A DNA stretch of 64,000 nt, from the NCBI GenBank assembly GCA_965198065.1, contig CBDAON010000004.1, forward strand, positions 1,280,001 through 1,344,000, written 5' to 3'. Source of the stretch: Longimicrobiales bacterium (GTDB lineage: Bacteria; Gemmatimonadota; Gemmatimonadetes; Longimicrobiales; Gaopeijiaceae). The notes under the pieces are model-generated. The model was given only the letters and a program-made list of their open reading frames with translations, did no database searches and was not told where the DNA came from. Below are positions 34,471-44,091 of this stretch, piece after piece. The stretch's first letter is position 1. The number at the start of each line of letters is the position of its first letter. A program made the translations under genes and the position numbers.

Positions 34471-35418
34471 CTACTTCCGCTGGTCCTCGAGCGAGGGCCC
34501 GTCTCCCGGCTCCCCCGTCCAGAGCAGGTGGCGGATCCCGTCCCCACCCCCCTCCTTGGCCTCGTACATGAGGCCGTCCGCGACGCGGATCGCGTCGTCT
34601 GCGGTGTCCACCGGGGCCTCGAATGTCACGGCCCCCATCGAGACGCTCACGGGCCAGCCGCCCTCGCCCATCGCCTCTCCGATCTCCTGGCGCAGCTTTT
34701 CTAACGCCCCTTCAGCCCTGCCGAACGGTGTCTCCGGGAGGAGAATGCCGAACTCGTCCCCGCCCAAACGGGCCGAGAGGTCCGTGGTCCGCATCGTGCT
34801 CCGCATGGTTTCCGCGACCCTCCTGAGCACCTCGTCACCCTCCGCGTGACCGAGGGTGTCGTTCACCTCCTTGAAGTGATCGAGGTCCATGTACGCGAGC
34901 GTGAAGATCGTTCCGTAGCGGAGGGCCCGGTCAATCTCGGCCGACATGCTATCGAAGAAGGCGCGGGTGTTCGCGAGCCCGGTCAGGTGATCCGAGAGCG
35001 CGAGCTGCTTCTGCGCGGCGAGGGACTCCTTGAGGCGAACGGTGAGGGCCACCACCACGAGGAAGGTCGTGAGCCGCACTCCCGTGTTCCACGCGTTCGT
35101 CCAGATCGGGAGGGGATCGGCGTGCGAGAAGTGGTCGGCGGCGAGCCAGACGATGGCCGACAGAACGCAGGCGAAGTATCCGGCCCGCTCGGCCCCGTAC
35201 CAAGAGGTGACGGCGATCGGGAGGAGGTAGAAGGCCGAGAAGCGAAAATCGAACTGGAGCGAGAGGTCTACGATCCCCAGCGCCAGGATCACGACGACGA
35301 CGATGCGCTCGAACGCGGCGGGAGAAAGGCGGGACAGGATCCGGTCCAGGCCGCCGATGAGGCTGCCCGGCCCAGACTCCGGTGGTGCGATCGGGGGGAG
35401 CTCCGGTGGGGTGGTCAC
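34471..35418 (-). CDS. Membrane-bound diguanylate cyclase
   Basis: N-terminal TM helices, DHLTGLAN, DLDHFKEVND, I-site RTTD, intact GGDEF. Confidence 0.93.
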   Translation of the reverse strand: MTTPPELPPIAPPESGPGSLIGGLDRILSRLSPAAFERIVVVVILALGIVDLSLQFDFRFSAFYLLPIAVTSWYGAERAGYFACVLSAIVWLAADHFSHADPLPIWTNAWNTGVRLTTFLVVVALTVRLKESLAAQKQLALSDHLTGLANTRAFFDSMSAEIDRALRYGTIFTLAYMDLDHFKEVNDTLGHAEGDEVLRRVAETMRSTMRTTDLSARLGGDEFGILLPETPFGRAEGALEKLRQEIGEAMGEGGWPVSVSMGAVTFEAPVDTADDAIRVADGLMYEAKEGGGDGIRHLLWTGEPGDGPSLEDQRK

Positions 35419-35461
35419 GCGGGCGACGGTGCGCCGGGGAGGGATCCGGTGGGGGACGGGG

Positions 35462-35642
35462 TCAGGTGGGGGCTTCAGTGGGGCTTTCCCTGGGTCCCCT
35501 CACGGGGTGCTTGATGACCACCCCCTCGACCATGAAGACCACGTCCTCCGCGATGTTCGTTGCGAGGTCCGCGATCCTCTCGAGGTTCCTCGAGAGGAGG
35601 AGCAGCGACATCGGCGGTCCGATCCAGCGGGGGGTCCTCCAT
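35462..35642 (-). pseudogene. phoU: C-terminal remnant of a PhoU phosphate-signalling protein
   Basis: Reads MEDP(R)WIGPPMSLLLLSRNLERIADLATNIAEDVVFMVEGVVIKH with one extra C, matching the PhoU C-terminal motif; no room for the N-terminal part. Confidence 0.75.
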
Positions 35643-35659
35643 CACTGGAGGTCACGAGG

Positions 35660-37729
35660 CTACGCCGCCTCCCCGAGATTCCTTCGGATCAGGGCGTCCG
35701 GGTCGGGCCCTCGGCCCATGAACTCCCGGAAGAGCAGCGCCGGATCCTCCCGGTCCCCCGCCGAGAGGATCGTCTCCAGGTAGCGGCGGCCCGTCTCTCG
35801 CTCGAAGATCCCCTGTTCCTGAAAGACCGTGAAGAGATCGGCCTCGAGCACCTCGCTCCACATATACGAGTAGTACGAGGCCGCGTACCCCCCCGAGAAG
35901 ATGTGGAGGAACGAGGGGAGTGGATTCGCGGCGGCGAAGCTCGGTCCGGGCGAAAAGGCCTGGAGCTGCTCGGTCACCCACGCGACCACGTCCCCGTGCC
36001 GATCCGGCCGATACTTGGTGTGGAGTGCCAGGTCCAGCGTCCCGAATCCGAGCTGACGCATCTGGCGCCAGCCTCCCAGGAACCGGCGCGCCCGCTGCAT
36101 GCGTTGGAAGAGCTCATCGGGAAGCCGTTCCTCGGTTTGCCAGTGGCGCGCGAAGAGGTCGAGGGACTCCCTCTCCCAGGTCCAGTTCTCGAGAAGCTGG
36201 GAGGGGAGCTCGACCCAATCCCACGCGACGCTCACGCCCCCCCGCCTCGGGATCGGAACGCGTGAGCTGAGGTGATGAAGGAGGTGCCCGTACTCGTGGA
36301 AAAGGGTTTGGACGTCCCGATGCGTGAGGAGCGCCGGACGCTCCTTCGACGCTGGCGGGAAGTTCGCACAGATCACCCCGAGGTGCGGTGGCACCCGGCC
36401 GTCGGGCTCGGGCGTGCCATAGCTCAGGTCGTTCATCCAGCCGCCCTGCTGCTTGTTCGGGCGAGGGAAGAGATCGATGTAGAAGCCCCCGAGAAACACC
36501 CCGTTTTCGTCGGTCATCTCGAAGTAGCGAACGTCCGGATGCCACGTCTCCTCGACGTTCTGCTCGACGACAGTGAGCCCGAACAATCGCCGTCCGGTCT
36601 CGAAGAGGCCTTCCAGGACCGAATCCAGCGGGAAGTAGGGGCGGAGCTCCTCGTCGTCCAGCTCGTAGCGCTCCCGCTGGAGGTGCTCGGCTACGAACGC
36701 CACGTCCCACGGCTCGAGGGGCTCGATCCCCAGCGTGCGGGCGTGGCTCTCGAGCGCCCCGAAGTCCCGCTCCCAGAAGGGGCGGGTCCGTTCGACGACC
36801 TCGGCCACGAAATCGCGCGCTTGTTTTCCCGAACCGGCCATCTGCTCCTCTAACCGGTAGTCGGGAAAGTCGGGGTATCCCAGGAGCTCGGCCTTTTCGC
36901 GCCGGAGCTCCAGGATCTTCGGGATGAGGGGACGGTTGTTCCACGGGGCCTCCCTCCCCCGCGCGAAGAACGCCTGGTGGATCTCGGCACGGAGGTCCTG
37001 GTCATCGCAGCTCTTTATGACGGCCTCGAACGAGGGATGGTCGAGCGTAAGGACCCAGCCCTCCTTCTCCGAGCTCTCGGCCTTGGCGCGGAACCGCTCC
37101 ATCGCGTCGTCCGGGATGCCGGCGAGCCGCTCGGCATCCGTGACGTGGAGCTCGTACGCCGCCGTGGCGTCCAGCACGTGCTCCGAGAAGGAGCGCTGGA
37201 GCTGGGCCAGCTCCACGTCGATCGCCTCGAGCCGCCCACGCCCCTCCGGATCCAGATCGGCTCCGGCGCGCCGGAAGTCCCGGAGCGTGTGGTCGAGGTG
37301 CCGCCTCTCGAGTCCCTCGAGACCCGCGGCCTCACTGGACTCCCCGTAGCTACGCACCCGACGCCAGAGCCCCTCGTCCAGAAAGAGCGTGGACCAGAAG
37401 CGCGAGACGTCCGGGAGCACTTCCGCCCAGGCCTCCCTGAGCTCGGGCGTCTCGGCCACGCCCAGGAGGTGATGCGCCGCGTTCGTCCGCCGCCGGAGCC
37501 GCTCCATCAGGTTGTCGAGCGGCTCGATCGTGGTCGCCCACGTGAGGGACTTCGTGCTCGAGGCGAGCTGGGCGACCTCGACGCGAGCCTCCTCGATCGA
37601 CTGCCTCACGCCCGGCACGACGTGCTCGGGCCAGATCCGGTGGAAGGGAATTCGGAAGCCGACGTCGAGCATGGGATTCGGGATGTCGGGCTCGGCTGCC
37701 GCGCTCGGGCCCGGATTCGCTTCAGTCAC
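35660..37729 (-). CDS. prlC: M3-family oligopeptidase A
   Basis: LFHEYGHLLH (HExxH), WDWVELPSQ, HIFSGGYAASYYSYMW; GTGA overlap with msrA. Confidence 0.9.
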   Translation of the reverse strand: MTEANPGPSAAAEPDIPNPMLDVGFRIPFHRIWPEHVVPGVRQSIEEARVEVAQLASSTKSLTWATTIEPLDNLMERLRRRTNAAHHLLGVAETPELREAWAEVLPDVSRFWSTLFLDEGLWRRVRSYGESSEAAGLEGLERRHLDHTLRDFRRAGADLDPEGRGRLEAIDVELAQLQRSFSEHVLDATAAYELHVTDAERLAGIPDDAMERFRAKAESSEKEGWVLTLDHPSFEAVIKSCDDQDLRAEIHQAFFARGREAPWNNRPLIPKILELRREKAELLGYPDFPDYRLEEQMAGSGKQARDFVAEVVERTRPFWERDFGALESHARTLGIEPLEPWDVAFVAEHLQRERYELDDEELRPYFPLDSVLEGLFETGRRLFGLTVVEQNVEETWHPDVRYFEMTDENGVFLGGFYIDLFPRPNKQQGGWMNDLSYGTPEPDGRVPPHLGVICANFPPASKERPALLTHRDVQTLFHEYGHLLHHLSSRVPIPRRGGVSVAWDWVELPSQLLENWTWERESLDLFARHWQTEERLPDELFQRMQRARRFLGGWRQMRQLGFGTLDLALHTKYRPDRHGDVVAWVTEQLQAFSPGPSFAAANPLPSFLHIFSGGYAASYYSYMWSEVLEADLFTVFQEQGIFERETGRRYLETILSAGDREDPALLFREFMGRGPDPDALIRRNLGEAA

Positions 37730-38268
37730 GTATAGAGCTCCTGGAAGGCAAGCCGTGCCTTGGCCACCTTGGGCGTGATCACCGCCGAGCAGTACGGCTG
37801 GGACGGATTTCGCCGGTAATAGTCGTGGTGCTCCCTCTCCGCGGGAAAGAAGGTCTCGAGCGGCTGGATCTCCGTCACCACGGGGGCGTCCCAACGTCCC
37901 TCGGCCTTGAGCGCACGGACTGCGGCCTGGGAAATCCGCTCCTGCTCGGGGCCATCGTAGAGAACGATGGAGCGATACTGCGTGCCGACGTCGGCGCCCT
38001 GGTGGTTCAAGGTCGTCGGGTCATGGACCGCGAAAAAGATGTCGAGCAGCGTCGCGTACGAGATCGCGTCGGGGTCGAACGTGACCCGGACTACCTCTGC
38101 GTGCCCGGTCGCCCCCGAGCAGACCTCCCGGTAGGTGGGCGAGGGATGGGTCCCTCCGGCGTAGCCCGACACGACTGCCTCCACGCCCTTCAGGCTCTGG
38201 AAGACCGCCTCCAGGCACCAGAAGCACCCGCCTCCCAGCACGGCCGTGTCTCGCTTGCCTGCCGTCAT
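37726..38268 (-). CDS. msrA: Peptide-methionine (S)-S-oxide reductase
   Basis: GGGCFWC, TGHAEVV, DVGTQYRS, FFPAEREH. Confidence 0.96.
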   Translation of the reverse strand: MTAGKRDTAVLGGGCFWCLEAVFQSLKGVEAVVSGYAGGTHPSPTYREVCSGATGHAEVVRVTFDPDAISYATLLDIFFAVHDPTTLNHQGADVGTQYRSIVLYDGPEQERISQAAVRALKAEGRWDAPVVTEIQPLETFFPAEREHHDYYRRNPSQPYCSAVITPKVAKARLAFQELYT

Positions 38269-38295
38269 CGCGTTTTCCCCACTCGAGGCCGCGTG

Positions 38296-41200
38296 TCACG
38301 ACTCCACCCGGACGAGCCGCACATGCGCCGGGCCGAAGAGCTCGCGTAGCTGAGACAGCGCTTCGCGCTCCGGAGCCACCCGGAGCGTCCGCGAGCGGAG
38401 CCGGGGCGGCTCCCCGGCTCCCTCCTCGCGATCCCCCGCCCCGTTCCCGATCCAGATCTCCACGGGCGCGGGCCCCGGGTGGGCCGAGAGGATCTCGCGG
38501 GCGCGTCCAAACACCTGGCGCTCGACCTCGGTTCCCGGCAGGAGCTCGATCGCGAGGGCGATCTTCCCGCTCTCACCCACGGCCCCGAGCGATTCCGCGG
38601 TGTCCAGGAAGATCGGCGGGTCCTCCTCGTCCCGCTCCCGATTCGACACCGTGCCCCGGAGCAGCACCGCCGCGTCCTGGACGAGCACGCCCTTCGCGCG
38701 CTGCCACGCTTCGCCGAAGGCCAGCACGGTTGTCGTTCCGTGGAAGTCCTCTATCGTGATCTTCCCCCACTCGGAGCTATCGCGGCGGAGCACCTGCCGC
38801 TGAACCTTCGTCACGACGCACGCGAGCTCGATGTCCTGCCCGGCAAACTCCGCCAGGCTCGCCGTGTTCGCCGGCCCGAACGCGTGAGACAGGTCGCTGA
38901 ACCGGTCGAGTGGGTGCCCCGAGATGAAGAAGCCGAGAGCCTCCTTCTCTCTCGCGAGCCGTTCGTGCTCGTCCCACTCGGGGACGTCGGGAAGCTCGGA
39001 GGCGATCCGCTCCATCGCGACATCCCCGGCGTCGAAGAGCGAGGCCTGTCCCGCGGCGGCCTCCGCTTCGCGGGCCTGCACCTCGCCGTACGCGGCGTCG
39101 AGCCCGGCGAGAAGCTGCGCGCGGTGCCCGAACGAATCGAGGGCGCCGGCTGCGATCAGGGCCTCGCACGCTCGCTTGTTGAGGGCCCTGAGGTCGACTC
39201 GCTCGAGGGAGTCGAAGAGGCTCTGGAAGGGGCCGCCCTGGTCGCGGCCGGCCAGAATCGAGGAGACGGCTCCGGCCCCCACTCCCCGCACCGCCCCGAG
39301 CCCGAATCGGATCCGATGGTCGTCCACGACCCGGAACTTCCAGCGGGATTCGTTCACGTCGGGGGGGAGGACCTCGATCCCGTCCCGGAGCTCCGGCAGC
39401 ACCCTTCCCAGCTCCCGGCAGTCCCCGATGTACTTCACGACATCGTCCGTCCGGTCCAGGACCGTGGAGAGGAGCGCGGCCATGTACTCGGCCGGGTAGT
39501 GCGCCTTGAGCCACGCGGTCTGGTAGGAGAGGATGGAGTACCCGACGGAGTGCGCCTTCACGAACCCGTAGCGGCCGAACTTCTCGATAAGCCCGGCCAG
39601 CTCCTGCGCCACGCGCCGGCCCACCCCGCGCTCGACGGCCCGCTCGACGAACGCCTTCAGCTCCCGGACGATCAGCGCGGCGTCCTTCTTCCCCACGGCC
39701 TTCCGGAGCACGTCCGCCTCGCCCAGCGTGTAGCCGGCTAGAATGTGGGCGATCGCCATCACCTGTTCCTGATAGACGATGACCCCGAACGTGGGGGCAA
39801 GCGCCTTCTCCAGGGCCGGATGCAGGTAGCGGACCGGCTCCTGGCCCAGCTTCCGCCGGATGTAGACGTCTGTCATTCCCGAGTCGAGCGTTCCCGGGCG
39901 GATGAGCGCGTTCACGGCGACCAGGTCCTCGAACCGGTCGCACCGCACGGCGCGGAGCTTGTCCGACGCGAGCGCCGACTCGAACTGGAACACGCCCGAC
40001 GTCCCACCCTTCGCGAGCATCCGGTACACGTCCGGATCGTCGAGCGGGACGTCGTCCATCGTCTCGTATGTCTCCCCGGTCCCGGGATGCCTCAGCGCTC
40101 CCACACGTTCCCGCACCATCTCGACCGCTTCCTGGATGACCGTAAGGGTCTTGAGCCCCAGGAAGTCCATCTTGAGCATCCCGGTGTCCTCGAGCGCGTT
40201 CATGTCGAACTGCGTGACCACGACGCTCTCGCCCTCTCCGTCCCCCCCCCCTCCTCGGGTCTGCTGCAGGCACACCGGCACGTAGTCGTCGAGCGGCCCC
40301 GGCGCGATCACGATCCCGGCCGCGTGCACGGACGCGTGGCGAGACAGTCCCTCCAGGGTCATCGAATAATCGAACAGCTTGCCGTGACGCTCGTCGCTCT
40401 CGTAGAGATCGCGGACCTCGGGGAGCCTTCGGATGGCTTCGCGCACCGTGTAGCTCTGTCCCGGCTGGTTCGGGATCAGCTTCGCGATGCGATCCGTCTC
40501 GGAGGGCTCGAAACCCAGGGTGCGCCCCACATCTCGGATGACGGCACGTGACTTCAGCGTCCCGAACGTGATGATCTGCCCGACCGCGTCCCTCCCGTAC
40601 TTCTCCCGCACGTAGTCGATCACCTCGCCCCGGCGCTCGAAGCAGAAATCCACGTCGATGTCGGGCATGGACACGCGCTCAGGATTCAGGAAGCGCTCGA
40701 AGAGGAGATCGAACTGGAGCGGATCGAGGTTCGTGATGTGGAGCGAGTAGCTCACGACCGAGCCGGCCGCGGATCCCCGACCGGGACCGATCGGGATTCC
40801 CTGCTCCCGGGCCCAGCGGATGAAGTCCCAGGTGATGAGGAAGTAGCCCGCGTACCCGGTCTTCAGGATCACGTCGAGCTCAAAGTCGAGCCGCTTCTGG
40901 ACCTCGGGCGGAGGTGGGTCGCCGTAGCGCTCCCTCGCGCCCACGTTCGCGAGGTGGACTAGGTAGTCCCCCTCCGTTGCGTATCCCTCCGGCAGGGAGA
41001 ACGCGGGCACGTGGTAGCTCTTCTCGAAATCGAGCGCGACCTCGTCTGCGATCCGGAGCGTGTTCTCGATGACGTCGGGACGGTCCGCGAAGGCCTCCCG
41101 CATCTCCGCGGGGGACTTGAGATAGAGCCCGTCGTCATATCGCATGCGGGCCGGATCGTCCTTGTCTTTGCCGAGCCCGATGCAGAGGAGGGTGTCGTGG

Positions 41201-41850
41201 GCCTCGTGGTCGCTTCGGCGGAGGAAGTGCGCGTCGTTCGTGGCTACCACGGGAAGGCCGAGCTCCCGGGCGAGCGCGAAGATTTTCTCGTTCAACTCGG
41301 CCTGTCCCTCGGTGCCGTGGGCCTGGACCTCCAGGTAGTAGCGGTCAGGAAACAGGTTTGCGTACCAGGACGCGGTTTCGCGCGCGGCCTCGGGGCGACC
41401 CTCGAGCAGGTGTCTCGCGACCTCTCCCGCCAGGCACGCCGAGGCCACGATGAGCCCCCCGGAGTGCCCGGCGAGTAGCTCGCGGTCCATGCGGGGGCGG
41501 TGGTAGAACCCCTCGGTGAACGCGAGCGAGGAGAGCTTCACCAGGTTTCGATACCCCTCCTGGTCCCGCGCCAGGAGCAGGAGATGGTAATACGCTCGGT
41601 CCGATGCCCCTGCGCGCGTCCGGTCCCGCCGATCCCCGGGAGCCACGTAACCCTCCATCCCGATGATCGGCTTGAGCCCGCCGCTCTTCGCGAGCTTCTG
41701 GAACTCCCACGCTCCGAACAGACAGCCGTGGTCCGTGAGCGCCAGCGCCGGCATCTCGAGCTCGACGGAGCGCTTCACCAGATCGGTCAGGCGGTTGGCG
41801 CCATCCAGCAGAGAGTACTCGGAATGTGTGTGTAGGTGGGCGAAGGACAC
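38296..41850 (-). CDS. dnaE: DNA polymerase III alpha subunit
   Basis: HLHTHSEYSLLDG PHP domain, GPGRGSAAGS, MPDIDVDF, KMDFLGL. Confidence 0.97.
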   Translation of the reverse strand: MSFAHLHTHSEYSLLDGANRLTDLVKRSVELEMPALALTDHGCLFGAWEFQKLAKSGGLKPIIGMEGYVAPGDRRDRTRAGASDRAYYHLLLLARDQEGYRNLVKLSSLAFTEGFYHRPRMDRELLAGHSGGLIVASACLAGEVARHLLEGRPEAARETASWYANLFPDRYYLEVQAHGTEGQAELNEKIFALARELGLPVVATNDAHFLRRSDHEAHDTLLCIGLGKDKDDPARMRYDDGLYLKSPAEMREAFADRPDVIENTLRIADEVALDFEKSYHVPAFSLPEGYATEGDYLVHLANVGARERYGDPPPPEVQKRLDFELDVILKTGYAGYFLITWDFIRWAREQGIPIGPGRGSAAGSVVSYSLHITNLDPLQFDLLFERFLNPERVSMPDIDVDFCFERRGEVIDYVREKYGRDAVGQIITFGTLKSRAVIRDVGRTLGFEPSETDRIAKLIPNQPGQSYTVREAIRRLPEVRDLYESDERHGKLFDYSMTLEGLSRHASVHAAGIVIAPGPLDDYVPVCLQQTRGGGGDGEGESVVVTQFDMNALEDTGMLKMDFLGLKTLTVIQEAVEMVRERVGALRHPGTGETYETMDDVPLDDPDVYRMLAKGGTSGVFQFESALASDKLRAVRCDRFEDLVAVNALIRPGTLDSGMTDVYIRRKLGQEPVRYLHPALEKALAPTFGVIVYQEQVMAIAHILAGYTLGEADVLRKAVGKKDAALIVRELKAFVERAVERGVGRRVAQELAGLIEKFGRYGFVKAHSVGYSILSYQTAWLKAHYPAEYMAALLSTVLDRTDDVVKYIGDCRELGRVLPELRDGIEVLPPDVNESRWKFRVVDDHRIRFGLGAVRGVGAGAVSSILAGRDQGGPFQSLFDSLERVDLRALNKRACEALIAAGALDSFGHRAQLLAGLDAAYGEVQAREAEAAAGQASLFDAGDVAMERIASELPDVPEWDEHERLAREKEALGFFISGHPLDRFSDLSHAFGPANTASLAEFAGQDIELACVVTKVQRQVLRRDSSEWGKITIEDFHGTTTVLAFGEAWQRAKGVLVQDAAVLLRGTVSNRERDEEDPPIFLDTAESLGAVGESGKIALAIELLPGTEVERQVFGRAREILSAHPGPAPVEIWIGNGAGDREEGAGEPPRLRSRTLRVAPEREALSQLRELFGPAHVRLVRVES

Positions 41851-41866
41851 GGGCAGGGGCGGTTCG

Positions 41867-42880
41867 CTACGACACGCAGCGGAACGAGTCCAGGATGGTC
41901 TGGAGCTGGATCATGTACTCGTATTTATCCCGGTTCGGCGCGTAGAGCCAGGCGTCCATCAGATAGAGCCGATCCTGCTCGGGGCAGGGCAGCGCGCGAG
42001 CGATGAAGGGACCGCCTCCGGGCCACGCTCCCGGAAGGCTCGCCCACGCGGACTGGTATTCCACCCCCCGGAGGTCTCCGACGGCGACGGGCCCGTACGA
42101 GACGATCGCGGTGTCGAGCCGCTGGGGATCGATGTAGTACGCTTCCGTGAACGACCGGCGCCAGTCGGCGAGGTCGCTCCGGGTAGGGAGCTCGTCCGGA
42201 ATCGGCGAGGTCCAAGTGAGGCCGAGCTGTCGAATGAGCTCCGAGGGGCTGGGGTTATCGTTCCGGAAGCGATAGACGGAGTCGCGAACCAAGTACCGGT
42301 ACACCGCGGGCAGCCGCAGAGAGAACCCCGCGGTCCGAGCGAGCGAATCCGCGAGCGCCACGTTCTCGCCGGAAACGAACATACGGTCGCGCGCATACTG
42401 GCGGAACTGGGAATCCAAGAGGTCGTGGAGCTCGTCTACGAGCGAGGCGACGGCATCGGCCTGGCCCGTTCGGGGAAGGAGGAGGAGCGAGACCAGCTGG
42501 CCGCTCGCCCAGACATCATGCGTCTGCACGATGTCCGCGGGAGTCGGCACGACCTCCTCCTCGAGAGCCGCGAGCACTTCGTCTACCCACGGGTCGCCCG
42601 CGCTTCCCAGCACGAGCACCTGACGGAAGCGGCGGAGACTGCTCCAGCCGCCCGGCTCCATGGGATCCTGGTGCGTGATGCGAAACGGCCGCTCGTTCGT
42701 CACGGCCTGAATCGTCGGCGCCATCGCGTCGCGAAAGCGCGGCTCGACGTCGGCCCAGAGCGCGGGATCCGCGGCCACGATCAGGGCGTTCGCGTCTCCT
42801 TGGGCCATCGGGGGTGCGCACGCGGAAGCGAGCAGGACGGCACTCGAGCCGAGCAGGAAGGTGATCAGGCGTCGGGACAC
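41867..42880 (-). CDS. Lipoprotein, DUF4837-like
   Basis: Lipobox LASAC; GGGPFI and DAWLYAPNRDKYEYMIQL C-terminus. Confidence 0.65.
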   Translation of the reverse strand: MSRRLITFLLGSSAVLLASACAPPMAQGDANALIVAADPALWADVEPRFRDAMAPTIQAVTNERPFRITHQDPMEPGGWSSLRRFRQVLVLGSAGDPWVDEVLAALEEEVVPTPADIVQTHDVWASGQLVSLLLLPRTGQADAVASLVDELHDLLDSQFRQYARDRMFVSGENVALADSLARTAGFSLRLPAVYRYLVRDSVYRFRNDNPSPSELIRQLGLTWTSPIPDELPTRSDLADWRRSFTEAYYIDPQRLDTAIVSYGPVAVGDLRGVEYQSAWASLPGAWPGGGPFIARALPCPEQDRLYLMDAWLYAPNRDKYEYMIQLQTILDSFRCVS

Positions 42881-43039
42881 GATCGTGCCGTGAGCGGGAC
42901 CGCGGAGGCTTGGGGGTTCGAAGTATCGGATAGCCCCGGACGGCCCCATGCGTTCCCCCCTGGAAGCGACGGTTGGGGCGTGGGTCGGCCCCCCTGGAAG
43001 GTCTTTACGGGCGCCCTCTTCCGCCAGCGGAAACCGTTC

Positions 43040-43067
43040 TTGACTTTCCCCCACCCACCTCTAGAAT
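43040..43067 (+). promoter_or_regulatory. Putative sigma70 promoter
   Basis: TTGACT-N16-TAGAAT upstream of the acidic small ORF. Confidence 0.6.
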
Positions 43068-43133
43068 TGCCCCGAACTGGGAGCGCGTCTTCCCGGATTC
43101 CGCGCGCACGGAATCAGTGGAGGAGGAAAGTCC

Positions 43134-43379
43134 ATGACGGACCGTGGGGTCTGGCTCTTAGAAGAGTCCTGGGCGGAGCCCGAGCTCTTTACCCAAGACG
43201 AGGGCGACGACGTCGAGGACGAGGATTGGGAAGACGACGAGGGGTGGGACGACGAAGATGAAGAGGACGAGGACTGGGAGGACGAGGACGACGATTGGGA
43301 CGATTGGGGGGACGACGACGACGAGGGCACGGACGAGGGTGGAGGCGGTCGCATTCTGTGGAATCTGCGCGTTGCCTGA
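43134..43379 (+). CDS. Small, extremely acidic Trp-punctuated protein (81 aa)
   Basis: Strong GGAGGA RBS and upstream promoter; D/E tract with recurring W. Confidence 0.7.
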   Translation: MTDRGVWLLEESWAEPELFTQDEGDDVEDEDWEDDEGWDDEDEEDEDWEDEDDDWDDWGDDDDEGTDEGGGGRILWNLRVA

Positions 43380-43466
43380 CCCAGGCGCGCCCCCCTCCGA
43401 GCCTTTCTCCGGTCTTGTCCGACCCTGACTTATCCCTATCGCGTCCCCGAGGGTCCGCTATACCGC

Positions 43467-44042
43467 GTGGCGGAAGTCGTCCGCCGAAGCCGGTTCATCG
43501 CCTCGCTCGGCCCCGCCCCAGACCCCGAGGAGGCTCAGGCCTTCATCCGTTCCGTGCGACAGTCCTTTCCAGATGCGACGCATCACGCCTGGGCGTACGT
43601 GGTTGGGCCGCCGGCGAGCACCGCCCAGGTGGGCATGAGCGACGACGGGGAGCCGCACGGAACCGCCGGGCGCCCGATTCTGAACGTCCTCCTGCACTCG
43701 GGAATTGGTGACGTCGTGGCCGTGGTCACGCGCTACTTCGGGGGCGTGAAGCTCGGGACGGGCGGCCTCAGCCGCGCGTACGCCGGGGTGGTCAGCCGCG
43801 GCCTCGAGGCACTCCCGACGGCCGAGCGAGCCCGGCTGATCGACGTAACGGTCGAAGTTCCCTTCGCGTCGGCCGACGCCCTCTTTCGGCTCCTGGAGGA
43901 GCTGGGAGCGCGGGACCGGACGGAGAGCTACGGATCGGGAGTCGTCGTTAGGGCCAGGATTCCCGAACGGGCGCTGGAGGAGCTGCGGGCAGGTGTGGCG
44001 ACGTTCACCTCCGGCAGGGGCCGGGTCGTCGAGTCCGCCTGA
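43467..44042 (+). CDS. yigZ: YigZ / IMPACT family protein (true start probably about 40-50 nt upstream)
   Basis: RSRFIA, DATHHAWAY, SDDGEPHGTAGRP, VTRYFGGVKLGTGGL. Confidence 0.92.
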   Translation: MAEVVRRSRFIASLGPAPDPEEAQAFIRSVRQSFPDATHHAWAYVVGPPASTAQVGMSDDGEPHGTAGRPILNVLLHSGIGDVVAVVTRYFGGVKLGTGGLSRAYAGVVSRGLEALPTAERARLIDVTVEVPFASADALFRLLEELGARDRTESYGSGVVVRARIPERALEELRAGVATFTSGRGRVVESA

Positions 44043-44091
44043 AGGGACCCTGGGGCCGCACTCGCGGCCAGCTCGCGGGTAGGGACAGCGC

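Noticed and set aside
32771..34849. 692-aa ORF as a single protein
   Set aside because: Both ends are out-of-frame read-through; the real gene is about 32836-34431 with two indels, and the tail overlaps the GGDEF gene.
43061..43354. Poly-Ser minus-strand ORF or a DNA tandem repeat
   Set aside because: It is the antisense of GAC/GAG codons of the acidic protein, which has the promoter and RBS.
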